Origin: Candidatus Saccharimonadota bacterium
GTDB lineage: Bacteria; Bacteroidota; Bacteroidia; Flavobacteriales; Blattabacteriaceae
NCBI RefSeq assembly: GCF_014252315.1
Contig: NZ_CP059216.1
Span: 240,001-272,000, forward strand
Length of the DNA: 32,000 bases
Reading direction: 5' to 3'
The notes beneath the pieces are model-generated. The model saw nothing but the letters and a program-made list of their open reading frames with translations. It ran no database searches and was not told the DNA's origin. Below, piece after piece: positions 9,187 to 18,774 of this stretch. A program made the translations under genes and the position numbers. Within the stretch, counting starts at the first letter, position 1; every line of letters begins with the position of its first letter.

Positions 9187-9827
9187 TTCTTTGTTCTATT
9201 ATCATTTTTTTCATTCTTTATATGAAAAGAACGAGCTTTTTTCTTCCAAATAAATAACCCTTCTACAGATAATAAAATTAATATTATAAATAAAATTTCT
9301 GTAAAGAAAAAACCTTTAAAAAAATATATAGAAACAGATAATATATTTCCTATTATCCAAAATATCCAATTTTCTACTTTTTTTATTGCCATTTGATACA
9401 TTCCAGAAAAATATAATCCTAATATAATAATATTTGCCCAATGAAAATATTTTTCGTTGTTTTTATTTAAAAATCTAACCATTATAATAAATATACAAGT
9501 AAACAAAAATAAAATTAAAGTATGAAAATAATCTTTTTTATTACAAAATGTAATAGGAATTTTTTTATCATTATATTTTTTACTAAAAATACATAAATAC
9601 CATCCATAAAAAATTATTACAATATAGTACATATTAATTATAAAATTTCCATAAAGAAAATTCTTATAGGTTAAATAACTATATATCATAGAACTTAATA
9701 TTCCTACAGGGAACATCAATACATTATTTTTTTTAGCAAAAAAAAAACTAAATACTGTAAATATAATTGCCATTGAATCTAATATTAAATAAATCCAATT
9801 GTTATAATTAAAATATGGAAAAAACAT
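9174..9827 (-). CDS. pnuC: Nicotinamide riboside/NMN transporter, PnuC family
   Basis: 217-aa polytopic membrane protein. Its N-terminal region 'LDSMAIIFTVFSFFFAKKNNVLMFPVGILSSMIYSYL...YGNFIINMYYIVIIFYGWY' matches the PnuC pattern. Its 3' end overlaps the hisS 3' end by 13 nt. Confidence 0.7.
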   Translation of the reverse strand: MFFPYFNYNNWIYLILDSMAIIFTVFSFFFAKKNNVLMFPVGILSSMIYSYLTYKNFLYGNFIINMYYIVIIFYGWYLCIFSKKYNDKKIPITFCNKKDYFHTLILFLFTCIFIIMVRFLNKNNEKYFHWANIIILGLYFSGMYQMAIKKVENWIFWIIGNILSVSIYFFKGFFFTEILFIILILLSVEGLFIWKKKARSFHIKNEKNDNRTKNYFN

Positions 9828-9842
9828 AAAATATATACTAAA

Positions 9843-10493
9843 TTATATATCTAGATCTATACTATATACTAAATAATAATTTTTTATTTTTCTGTAAAAA
9901 GCATAGAATTTTTTGCTATAATTTTTTTTTAATATCCAACATGATATATATGAATTTGCATCTATACAAAATGGAGATACTTTATAATTCTTTAAAAAAT
10001 TATAAAAAATACCTTTACTTAATTTATATAAACTTTCTTTTATTCCCCATATAATATGTAGGTAATCTTTTTCGTATTTTTTTCTTATAAAAGAATTTTC
10101 ATCCTTTCGTATAAATTTATTTTTTATATTCATAATTTTGTTATCTAATCTAAATTTCTCTATATCTATTCCTACATTGAACGAACTTATTGCTATAGCC
10201 ATTCTATCATAAGAATGACTTAAAGAAATATATTTTTTGTTATGAAAAAGAAAAAAAAATTTTTTTTTTTCATTATAAATAACACTAATTTTTATTCCTA
10301 TATATTTTAATATACAACGTATTCCTAACCGTATTCCTAAAAATTCTTTTTTTCTTTTTTCTGATAAAGAATTATAAAATATTTTTTCTTTATCATTAAG
10401 TTTAATTTTACTTATAAAAGTACTATCCAAAAATTTTATCCATTTTAATACTATAATTTTTGTATGGATATTATTATTTTCAATATTTTTCAT
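9843..10493 (-). CDS. 4'-phosphopantetheinyl transferase, Sfp-type
   Basis: Contains 'VGIDIEKF' (Mg-binding GxDxE) and 'IWGIKESLYKL' (W-x-x-KE-x-x-K). The 216-aa size fits Sfp-type enzymes. Confidence 0.8.
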   Translation of the reverse strand: MKNIENNNIHTKIIVLKWIKFLDSTFISKIKLNDKEKIFYNSLSEKRKKEFLGIRLGIRCILKYIGIKISVIYNEKKKFFFLFHNKKYISLSHSYDRMAIAISSFNVGIDIEKFRLDNKIMNIKNKFIRKDENSFIRKKYEKDYLHIIWGIKESLYKLSKGIFYNFLKNYKVSPFCIDANSYISCWILKKNYSKKFYAFYRKIKNYYLVYSIDLDI

Positions 10494-10520
10494 AATTTTT
10501 AAATATTTATTATTGTAATT

Positions 10521-11549
10521 ATGAAAAAAAAGATTAAAAACGCGTTAAAAAAAGTTATATTTTCTAATAATAAAAATATCATTGAACTAAATTTATTAAA
10601 AAAAATTGATTTAGTAAATAAAAAAATAATTATTAATTTGATTTTACCTAATCCCACTATGCATTTAAAAGAAAAAATTAAAAATGATATTTTAAATTTT
10701 TTAAAAAAAGAAATAGATATAAAAAATATGAAAGTGGAAATTATTATAGAATCAAATAAAATAATAATAGAAAAAAAAAATTTTATAATAAAAAATATAA
10801 TTGCTATAGCTTCTGGAAAAGGTGGAGTAGGTAAATCAACAATAGCTGCTAATATAGCTATTACATTAGAAAATATGGGGTATGACGTTGGATTATTAGA
10901 TGCAGATATTTATGGCCCTTCTATCCCTATAATGTTTAATATTGATATTAATGATCCATCTATTTTATATAAAAATGGATATTTAAATCCTATTAAGAGT
11001 AATTATGGAATAAAAATTTTATCAATAGGATTTTTTACAGAATATGGAAAAGCAATTATTTGGAGAGGCCCTATGGTTACTAAAGTGTTAATTCAATTTA
11101 TTCATGACACTAATTGGGGAAGTTTAGATTTTTTAATAGTAGATTTACCTCCGGGAACAGGAGATATTCATTTATCTCTTGTACAAGAATTTTCATTAAA
11201 AGGAGTAATAATAGTAAGTACATCTCAAAAAATAGCCTTGTCTGATGTTGCTAGAACTATTCAAATGTATCAAATTAAATCTATTCATGTTCCAATATTA
11301 GGAATAATTGAAAATATGTCGTATTTCTTTGCAAAAGAAATAAATGATAAAAAATATTTTTTATTTGGAAAAGATAAATTAAAACAATTATCTAAAAATA
11401 TGAATTTATCTTTTTTAGGTGAAATTCCTTTATTACAAGATATACAAGAATTTTCTGATTTAGGTATTCCTGTTGTATTAAGAAATAATAATGTTAAAAA
11501 AATTTTCGTAGATATTACAAAAAATATAATAAATAAAATAATTATGTAA
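10521..11549 (+). CDS. apbC: Fe-S cluster carrier ATPase, Mrp/ApbC/NBP35 family
   Basis: Deviant Walker A 'IASGKGGVGKSTIAAN', plus 'DADIYGPS' and 'DLPPGTGD'. It has an N-terminal DUF59-like ~90-aa domain. Confidence 0.9.
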   Translation: MKKKIKNALKKVIFSNNKNIIELNLLKKIDLVNKKIIINLILPNPTMHLKEKIKNDILNFLKKEIDIKNMKVEIIIESNKIIIEKKNFIIKNIIAIASGKGGVGKSTIAANIAITLENMGYDVGLLDADIYGPSIPIMFNIDINDPSILYKNGYLNPIKSNYGIKILSIGFFTEYGKAIIWRGPMVTKVLIQFIHDTNWGSLDFLIVDLPPGTGDIHLSLVQEFSLKGVIIVSTSQKIALSDVARTIQMYQIKSIHVPILGIIENMSYFFAKEINDKKYFLFGKDKLKQLSKNMNLSFLGEIPLLQDIQEFSDLGIPVVLRNNNVKKIFVDITKNIINKIIM

Positions 11550-11570
11550 TATAGAATTTTATAAATATTT

Positions 11571-12599
11571 TTATATAATAGATCCAATTATATTTACTTC
11601 TCTAGATAAATAAATTCCAAATTTATTTTTAATATCATCTATAATTTTTTGTGAAATATAAAAAATATCCATTCCACTAGCTTTTCCATAATTAATAATA
11701 ATTATAGGTTGTTTTTTATATATTTCTACATCTCCAAATCTTTTTCCTTTCCATCCTGTATGTTCAATTAAATAATTTGCAGATACTTTTATTTTATTTT
11801 TATCAATAGAATATCCAATAATATTAGGATAATGTTTTATTAATTTATTATAGAAACTTTTTTTTATTATAGGATTTGTAAAAAAACTTCCTGCATTTCC
11901 TATTTTTTTTGGATCCGGAATTTTTTTACTTCTGATGGAAAAAATAATTTTTGCTATATCATTATTATTAGGATTTTTAATATTTAAAATTTTTATATTA
12001 TTTCGAATATCTTTATAAGATAAATTTAATTTTTTATTTTTACTTAAAACAAAAAAAACAGATACAATTAAAAATCTTTTATTATAATTTTTTTCTTTAA
12101 AAATTGAATGACGATATGAAAATTTACAATATTTTTTTGTGATAAAAAATATTTTTTTTTTAATTATTTCATATACTTCTATTTTTAATATGTAATTTTT
12201 TATTTCTACACCATATGCTCCAATATTTTGAATTGGAGAAGCGCCAATAGTTCCGGGTATAAATGATAGATTTTCTAATCCATAAAATCTTTTTTTTATT
12301 GTCCATTCTACAAAATCATTCCAGTTTTCTCCAGAAAATGCTCTAATAATTACTTTATAATCATTTTCATAAATAATTTTTATTCCTTTTATTTCTATTT
12401 TTATAACAACTCCTGAAAAATATTTATTTAAAAATAATACGTTACTTCCATTTCCTAATATTATCTTTGGAAGATATGGATATAAAGTATATATACGATA
12501 AAAATCATATATGCTTTTAATTATTACGAAATATCTAACATAAACATTGATTCCAAATGTATTAAAATTTTTTATAGAAAAATTTTTTTCAATTAACAT
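11571..12599 (-). CDS. murB: UDP-N-acetylenolpyruvoylglucosamine reductase MurB
   Basis: Contains the FAD-binding region 'ILGNGSNVLF', then 'IPGTIGASPIQNIGAYGVE' and 'GNAGSFFTNP'. Length is 342 aa. Confidence 0.9.
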   Translation of the reverse strand: MLIEKNFSIKNFNTFGINVYVRYFVIIKSIYDFYRIYTLYPYLPKIILGNGSNVLFLNKYFSGVVIKIEIKGIKIIYENDYKVIIRAFSGENWNDFVEWTIKKRFYGLENLSFIPGTIGASPIQNIGAYGVEIKNYILKIEVYEIIKKKIFFITKKYCKFSYRHSIFKEKNYNKRFLIVSVFFVLSKNKKLNLSYKDIRNNIKILNIKNPNNNDIAKIIFSIRSKKIPDPKKIGNAGSFFTNPIIKKSFYNKLIKHYPNIIGYSIDKNKIKVSANYLIEHTGWKGKRFGDVEIYKKQPIIIINYGKASGMDIFYISQKIIDDIKNKFGIYLSREVNIIGSII

Positions 12600-12688
12600 A
12601 AATTATAAATAACTAAATTAAATTTTGTTTATAAAAATTGTAATGATTAAATTTATTGTTGTATAAAAATATTAAAATATTTTTTCTT

Positions 12689-12955
12689 ATGAAAAAAGGA
12701 GGAAATTTATTATTAGGAATAATTATAGGAACTATATTTGGATTAATAATTAGTCCCATAATATATCAAAAAAAAAATAATAAAATTAAAAATTCTTTTA
12801 ATAAAAAATCAAATAATTTTAAAGAAAATATAAAAAATGTAAAAGAAAAAATTGGGGAAAAAATAGAAAAAATAAAATCAGATTTTGAAACAAAATGGAA
12901 TAAAAACAAAAAATCAAAAGAACTTGATCAAGTAGAAGATCAATTAGGAACTTAA
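12689..12955 (+). CDS. YtxH-domain small membrane-anchored protein
   Basis: 'MKKGGNLLLGIIIGTIFGLIISP' is a typical YtxH N-terminal helix, followed by a K/E-rich coiled region. I prefer the ATG at 12689 to the TTG at 12656 given in the ORF track. Confidence 0.65.
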   Translation: MKKGGNLLLGIIIGTIFGLIISPIIYQKKNNKIKNSFNKKSNNFKENIKNVKEKIGEKIEKIKSDFETKWNKNKKSKELDQVEDQLGT

Positions 12956-12977
12956 AAAAATTATTAATTATAAAAAA

Positions 12978-13306
12978 ATGTTTTTTTTCATAAAAAATAT
13001 TTTATATAATAAATGGAATACTATAAAAAATAACTTAATTAAGTTATTAATACATATAATTTCTGAAATATACTTAAATATTATTTCGTTAATATTTTAT
13101 TTCATTATTTTTTCTTTATGTATTGTATCTCTATGTTTTTTTTTTCACTTTATTTAAAAAACTATCTAATTGGATTTATTATTATTCCTATATTATTTTC
13201 TATTATATCTATCATTGTATTTTATTTTTGTAAAAAAATTATACGTACTATTATCAATAAGTTTTTGAATAATATTATTAAAAAGTTTTTTGATAAAATT
13301 TTATAA
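12978..13306 (+). pseudogene. Small two-TM membrane protein (~109 aa if fused), split by a frame break at a T10 tract. The ORF-track 13118..13306 is its 3' half.
   Basis: Frame 0 runs from ATG 12978 to TAA 13155-13157 (MFFFIKNILYNKWNTIKNNLIKLLIHIISEIYLNIISLIFYFIIFSLCIVSLCFFF...). The frame of 13118..13306 continues as ...FFFSLYLKNYLIGFIIIPILFSIISIIVFYFCKK.... The two frames overlap exactly at T10 (13136-13145), and one extra T joins them. The alternative is that only the 62-aa ORF is real. Confidence 0.4.
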
Positions 13307-13322
13307 AAAATTATTAAATATT

Positions 13323-14096
13323 ATGAAAAAATTAATTATATATGGAATTCATCCATTGATAGAAGCTATAACATCAGATTATAATATTAAAAAAATATTT
13401 ATATTAAAAAAATTACAAAAACAATTTTTATATTTTAATAATAAATCCAATTCATATAAAAAACTAATAAATTTATCCAAAAAAAAAAAAATACCAATAC
13501 ATTCTGTATCAGAACATCATTTTTTACCTATAAAAAATAAAAATCATCAAGGTATTTTTTCCATTATTTCTCATATAAACACATTTAAAATAAAAGAATT
13601 ATTACCTAATTTATATAAAAAAAAAATAAATCCATTTTTAATTATATTAGATAACATTACAGATGTAAGAAATTTTGGATCTATAGTACGTACTTCTGTT
13701 TGTGCAGGAGTAAATGCTATTATTGTTCCTAATAAAAATACAGCTATGATAAATTCTGATTCTATAAAAACATCTTCAGGAGCATTATTTAAAATTCCTA
13801 TATGTAAAGAAAATAGTATTATAAATTCTATTAAATTTTTAACTAATTCTGGATTAAAAATTGTTTCTACAACAATTAAATCTACTGTAAATTGGCATAA
13901 TATAAATTTTTTAAAACCTACAGCCATAATATTTGGAAATGAAGAAAAAGGTGTAAATGAAAAATATATTGAAATTTCTAATAAAATTATAAGTATTCCA
14001 TCAATACACAAAAATATATCATCTTTAAATGTATCTGTAGCATGTGGTATTATTTTATATGAAGTTTTTAGACAAAGAAAAACATTAAAAAATTAA
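13323..14096 (+). CDS. rlmB: SpoU/TrmH-family RNA 2'-O-methyltransferase, RlmB-like (23S rRNA Gm2251)
   Basis: Contains the N-terminal substrate-binding-like 'IYGIHPLIEAI' and the SpoU motifs 'NFGSIVRTS', 'IIFGNEEKGV' and 'IPS..ISSLNVSVACGIILYE'. I prefer the ATG at 13323 to the TTG at 13290. Confidence 0.8.
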   Translation: MKKLIIYGIHPLIEAITSDYNIKKIFILKKLQKQFLYFNNKSNSYKKLINLSKKKKIPIHSVSEHHFLPIKNKNHQGIFSIISHINTFKIKELLPNLYKKKINPFLIILDNITDVRNFGSIVRTSVCAGVNAIIVPNKNTAMINSDSIKTSSGALFKIPICKENSIINSIKFLTNSGLKIVSTTIKSTVNWHNINFLKPTAIIFGNEEKGVNEKYIEISNKIISIPSIHKNISSLNVSVACGIILYEVFRQRKTLKN

Positions 14097-15070
14097 AATT
14101 CACCTTTAAACTGATTTAAAAAACGTATATCATTATCAAAATAAGTTCTAATATCTTTAATTTTATAAATCATTAAAGCTAAACGTTCTATTCCTAATCC
14201 AAAAGCAAATCCTGAATAAAATTCAGGATCTATATCTACATTTTTCAAAACTATTGGATCTATAATTCCACATCCCATTATTTCCATCCAATTATTATTA
14301 TAATATACATCTACTTCTGCACTAGGTTCTGTAAATGGAAAATAAGAAGGACGAAACCTTATTATTGATTTTCCAAAAATAGATAATATAATGTAATTAA
14401 TGGTTTTTTTTAAGTTAGAAAAAGAAACATACTTATCAATATAAAATGCCTCCATTTGATGAAACATAAAATTAGAATGTGATGATACAGTTTCATTCCT
14501 ATAAACTTTTCCTATAGAAAAAATTCTTGAAGGAGGTTTATGTTTTTTCATATATCTTATTTGAATTGATGTAGTATGAGTCCTCAATAAAAAATTTGAA
14601 TTATTACATAGAAAAAATGTATCTTGCATATCTCTGGATGGATGCCAAATAGGAATATTTAATGCAGTAAAATTATGCCAATCATCTTCTATTTCAGGGC
14701 TATTTATATAATTAAATCCTATTTGGGATAAAATATGTATTATTCTATTCTTTATAATAGAAATTGGATGTGCTGATCCTATATTAGGACTATTACCTGT
14801 AATAGTTAAATCAACATTATTTATGTTATTATTAATATTAAATTTATTTTCATAAATTTTTTTTTTAATATCTTTTTTTAAATCATTAACAATTTTTCCA
14901 ATTATTTTTCTTTTATATATAGGAATTTCATGTATATTTTTTAATATATTTGTTATTATTCCTGATTTTTTTCCAAGAAATTTAATTCTAAATTTATTTA
15001 ATTCTTCTAGTGTTTTTGGTTTAAAATGTTCAATTTCTTTTTTTATTTTAGATATTTCTTTATCACACAT
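14093..15070 (-). CDS. pheS: Phenylalanine--tRNA ligase alpha subunit
   Basis: Contains 'HPISIIKNRI', 'HPSRDMQDTFF', 'LLRTHTTSIQIR', 'FRPSYFPFTEPSAEVDV' and 'GFAFGLGIERLAM'. Confidence 0.95.
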   Translation of the reverse strand: MCDKEISKIKKEIEHFKPKTLEELNKFRIKFLGKKSGIITNILKNIHEIPIYKRKIIGKIVNDLKKDIKKKIYENKFNINNNINNVDLTITGNSPNIGSAHPISIIKNRIIHILSQIGFNYINSPEIEDDWHNFTALNIPIWHPSRDMQDTFFLCNNSNFLLRTHTTSIQIRYMKKHKPPSRIFSIGKVYRNETVSSHSNFMFHQMEAFYIDKYVSFSNLKKTINYIILSIFGKSIIRFRPSYFPFTEPSAEVDVYYNNNWMEIMGCGIIDPIVLKNVDIDPEFYSGFAFGLGIERLALMIYKIKDIRTYFDNDIRFLNQFKGEF

Positions 15071-15177
15071 TGTTTAACATTATTGAATTTTTCATAATAA
15101 TTATGATTATTAGTTAATAACAATAAATAATACAAAATTCTTATATAAATTTATTTATAAAGTTGTAAATAAATATT

Positions 15178-15702
15178 ATGACATTTATAGATATATTAAT
15201 ATTAATATTAGTTCTATACGGAGGATTTTGTGGATATAAAAATGGATTAATATCACAGCTTTTTGTTCCTACAATATTTATATTTTCATTATATAAAGGA
15301 TTATATATATTTCATGTTACTAAAAATATATTACGTATATTTTTTAATATAAATGATAAAACATATTTTTCGCATTTTTTATTTATAATTGTTTCTTTCA
15401 TTTTTATAGTATTTATTGTTTTTTTATTAAAAAGAATAATTCAATTTATTGTAACTATTATATATATGGATTATTTAAATAAATTAGGAGGATTTATTTT
15501 AGGTGTAATAAAGAACTTTTTATATATTTCATTATTTATATTTTTTTTTAAAAAAATTAATAAAAAAATGAATTTAGTGTCCGATATTTTTCTTGATAGT
15601 TTTTTAGAAGAAAAATTTCAACTTTTTTTATATAAAAAAAGTTCATTGATAATATTTTTATTAAATAAATTAAAAAAATTATTATTTGTCTTTAATATAT
15701 AA
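15178..15702 (+). CDS. cvpA: CvpA-family membrane protein
   Basis: The N-terminus 'FIDILILILVLYGGFCGYKNGLISQLF' is the characteristic CvpA start. The protein is 174 aa with about 4 TM segments. Confidence 0.7.
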   Translation: MTFIDILILILVLYGGFCGYKNGLISQLFVPTIFIFSLYKGLYIFHVTKNILRIFFNINDKTYFSHFLFIIVSFIFIVFIVFLLKRIIQFIVTIIYMDYLNKLGGFILGVIKNFLYISLFIFFFKKINKKMNLVSDIFLDSFLEEKFQLFLYKKSSLIIFLLNKLKKLLFVFNI

Positions 15703-15805
15703 AAAATGTTTATGATAAAAAATTAATTATTAAGTATATATATAATAATGAATTTAATATAATTAATTATAGTGTTGTAATACAATAAATAATAATAAAA
15801 TACTT

Positions 15806-18103
15806 TTACCGTAAATTTTTACTATTTGAAAAAATGTCATAATATAAAAAAATTATGTCTTTAATTAATTCTGATATTTTTTTTGATTCCAAAATAATAT
15901 TTAACATTAAAAATGTATTTTTAGTTCCGTAATCATTTCTAGTAATACCTATAACTTGCTGATTAATTTGATTTCTTATTTTTTTTATTATATCATAATG
16001 TATTTTTTCTATTAATAATTTAACATATTTATAGTTGTTATGATTATAATTATTTTTATTTAATTTATTTATTAAATTAAAACATTTTACTATTTTATTT
16101 TCAATAAAAAATAAGTTTTTTTTTTGTTTATATTTCAATGGTTTATGACAATTTATAACATGTAACAATGTATAATTTGTAATCACATCTAGAGACTTAA
16201 TTATATTTTTTATTATACCATACATATGAAAATAAAATATTCCCATTACAAAATTATTTTTATTTAATTTTTTTATTACTGAAATCAAAGAATTTTCTAT
16301 TCCTGAATAATTTTCTTTTAACTTTAATAAATTATTTTTACCGTTACGAAGTAATTTTAAATCTTCTTGAATAATTCCATTTACAGAATCTGTATATATT
16401 TCCTTTGAAAATTCAATATTATGTTTTATAATATTATGAATTTTACTTAATAAATTCTTTTCTGATATATTTAATAATATATTATATTCTTCAAATTTTT
16501 TTTCTTGTAGTTTATATTTTTTATAATTTTTATAAGAAATAAATATAATAAGAATTACTAAAAATAGTATAGCCCAAATTTTAAAAAAATATAAAAAAGA
16601 AGATACTACCCCAGATATAGCAAAAGCTATTATTCCAGTTAGTATCCATCCTCTTATAACATTTAGTACTCCAGATACTCTATAAACCGCACTTTCTCTA
16701 TCCCAAGCTCTATCAGATAAAGATGTACCCATTGAAACCATAAAAGTAACGAAAGTAGTTGATAAAGGTAATTTTTTTATTGTAGCTATAGATAATAATA
16801 TGCTTGATATAGTTAAATTAGCAGAAGCTCTTATCAAATCAAATGCAGCATTTTTTTCTATTTCTATTTTATTATGTCTAAAATTTTTTTCTATTCTTTC
16901 ATATATTATTTTTGGAAATAATTTTTTAAATATATATCCAAAATGAATAAAAAATCTAACAATCCATCTAGATAAAGAATTTGATAAAAATTTTTCTGGT
17001 CCTTCATATTGTCTACTCAAATTAATTTCTGTACTAGAAATATTTTTAGTTTTTTTAGAAAACCAAAGTGTTAATATCATAATTAATCCAGAAAAAATCA
17101 ATATTGATGGATCAACTTTAACTTTATTTCCAGACAAACTTTTCATATTAAATTTTTCTGGATTTTGATTACCTTCTTTAATCCATATATTATATGATTG
17201 TACTCCGGCTATAGGAACCCCTATAAAATTAACTAAGTCATTTCCAGAGAAAGCCATAGCTAAAGAAAAAGTTCCATATAATACAACAAATTTAAATATA
17301 TTATATCTAAAAAAAATAAATATAATTGCTACAATTAACCATGTTAATAACAATAAAAGTAAAAAAATAAAAAAGTTTTGATGAATCCAATTGGTTAATT
17401 GTTGAATATATAAAGATATTTGTGTAATAAATCCATTTGTATTTATATCTACTCCTTTTATAGAACTATATAATCCTTTTATTATAAGAAAATAGGTCAT
17501 ACTACTTAACGATATAGTAGCCCATATTACTTCAGTATATCTCAATTTTTTTTTTTCATAATTAAACCCAAATAAAAAACGAATAAAATAATGAATGAAT
17601 GATCCTGATATAAAAGAAATTATAATTGATAAAAAAATTCCTAAACTAATATTTATAGTTTTATTAAACTTTATATACTGATTGATATGGTAAAAAGATT
17701 CTTTATTTAAAAGTATTTTTATTATTGCAATACTAAAAGATCCACCTAATAAACAAAAAACCATAGATACTGTAGTAGATGTTGGTAATCCTAATGTGTT
17801 AAAAATATCCAATAATATAATATCAGATATCATAACTGATAAAAATATAAATATAACATCTGAAAAACAAAATTTAGAAGGATCAAATACTCCTTTTCTC
17901 GCTATTTCCATCATACCACTAGATAAAAATGATCCCAATATAATTCCTATACTAGCAAATATCATTATTACTGTACGAGAAGAAACTTTTGATCCAATAG
18001 CTGAATTCAAAAAATTTACTGCATCATTAATTAACCCAACAATAAGATCAAATATAGACAATATAAAAATAAGTATTATGACTGAAGGGTAAAAAGATTT
18101 CAT
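15806..18103 (-). CDS. PiT-family inorganic phosphate transporter with a ~240-aa C-terminal cytoplasmic extension
   Basis: It carries duplicated PHO4/PiT signatures 'NDAVNFLNSAIGS' and 'GNDLVNFIGVPIAG' and many TM helices up to about residue 523. A hydrophilic helical region follows (nt 15806-16534). Confidence 0.8.
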   Translation of the reverse strand: MKSFYPSVIILIFILSIFDLIVGLINDAVNFLNSAIGSKVSSRTVIMIFASIGIILGSFLSSGMMEIARKGVFDPSKFCFSDVIFIFLSVMISDIILLDIFNTLGLPTSTTVSMVFCLLGGSFSIAIIKILLNKESFYHINQYIKFNKTINISLGIFLSIIISFISGSFIHYFIRFLFGFNYEKKKLRYTEVIWATISLSSMTYFLIIKGLYSSIKGVDINTNGFITQISLYIQQLTNWIHQNFFIFLLLLLLTWLIVAIIFIFFRYNIFKFVVLYGTFSLAMAFSGNDLVNFIGVPIAGVQSYNIWIKEGNQNPEKFNMKSLSGNKVKVDPSILIFSGLIMILTLWFSKKTKNISSTEINLSRQYEGPEKFLSNSLSRWIVRFFIHFGYIFKKLFPKIIYERIEKNFRHNKIEIEKNAAFDLIRASANLTISSILLSIATIKKLPLSTTFVTFMVSMGTSLSDRAWDRESAVYRVSGVLNVIRGWILTGIIAFAISGVVSSFLYFFKIWAILFLVILIIFISYKNYKKYKLQEKKFEEYNILLNISEKNLLSKIHNIIKHNIEFSKEIYTDSVNGIIQEDLKLLRNGKNNLLKLKENYSGIENSLISVIKKLNKNNFVMGIFYFHMYGIIKNIIKSLDVITNYTLLHVINCHKPLKYKQKKNLFFIENKIVKCFNLINKLNKNNYNHNNYKYVKLLIEKIHYDIIKKIRNQINQQVIGITRNDYGTKNTFLMLNIILESKKISELIKDIIFLYYDIFSNSKNLR

Positions 18104-18159
18104 AACAGAAAAATTGTACTTAAATTTAAGTAATTAAGAAAAATTTGTAATAAAATAAT

Positions 18160-18762
18160 TCAATCTTTTTTTTCAAAAAATTTTTTTACTAAATTTTCTA
18201 CTGAAATATCAGGAATCTTGTATAAAATATCATCCAATATATTTTCACAATCTTTGTGAGAAAATCCTAATACATGTAAGGCATATAAAGCTTCTTTTTT
18301 TACATTATTAATAGTATCATATTTAATATTAATTCCATTATATTCTACTTGTGATTTTTTACAAATTTTATCCTTCAATTCTATTATAATTTTTTGAGCA
18401 GTTTTTTTACCAATACCTTTAACTTTATTAAATATTCCAATATCTTCTTCATAAATAGATTTTTCTATTTCATATGGAGAAATAGATGATAATAATACAA
18501 TAGATAAATTAGGTCCTATTCCATTAACAGATATTAAATAAGAAAATATTTTTCTTTCTTTTTTATCAAAAAATCCATATAAAATATGTTTATGTTCTCT
18601 TATAATTAAATAAGTATAAATACATATATATTTTTTTTTTATTTTGGATAAAAAAGAATAAGTATATTCAGAAATATGAATATAATAACCTACACCATTA
18701 CAATCAATTATTATATATGAATTATTTTTTTCAATTATTTCTCCTTTTAAATGTGTTATCAC
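18160..18762 (-). CDS. ruvA: Holliday junction branch-migration complex subunit RuvA
   Basis: Contains 'MITHLKGEI...GVGYYIHIS' and the HhH motifs 'LISVNGIGPNLS' and 'VKGIGKKTAQKIIIELKDK'. Confidence 0.9.
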   Translation of the reverse strand: MITHLKGEIIEKNNSYIIIDCNGVGYYIHISEYTYSFLSKIKKKYICIYTYLIIREHKHILYGFFDKKERKIFSYLISVNGIGPNLSIVLLSSISPYEIEKSIYEEDIGIFNKVKGIGKKTAQKIIIELKDKICKKSQVEYNGINIKYDTINNVKKEALYALHVLGFSHKDCENILDDILYKIPDISVENLVKKFFEKKD

Positions 18763-18774
18763 AATATCAAAAAA

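Noticed and set aside
11285-11587. 100-aa ORF antisense to the 3' end of mrp/apbC, overlapping the murB end
   Set aside because: It overlaps two well-supported genes. It has a low-complexity hydrophobic translation and no homology signal that I recognise.
12656-12688. TTG start at 12656 for the YtxH gene (and similarly TTG 13290 for rlmB)
   Set aside because: Downstream ATGs (12689 and 13323) give N-termini that match the family pattern (MKKGG...LLGIIIG for YtxH; MKKLIIYGIHP for RlmB). The TTG extensions add only low-complexity residues, and the 13290 start would overlap the upstream small ORF.
13571-14011. 146-aa ORF antisense to rlmB
   Set aside because: It lies wholly inside the SpoU-methyltransferase CDS, whose three catalytic motifs are intact on the plus strand. 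A long antisense frame is expected by chance because stop codons complementary to common codons are depleted.
15758-15771. Perfect 14-nt palindrome TATAATTAATTATA between the convergent cvpA and PiT genes, a possible bidirectional terminator
   Set aside because: It is all A/T with no loop and no GC stem, so the predicted hairpin would be very weak. Such palindromes are expected by chance in ~80% AT intergenic DNA.
17796-18092. 98-aa ORF antisense to the PiT transporter N-terminus
   Set aside because: It is embedded in a CDS with clear PiT signatures and has no independent support.
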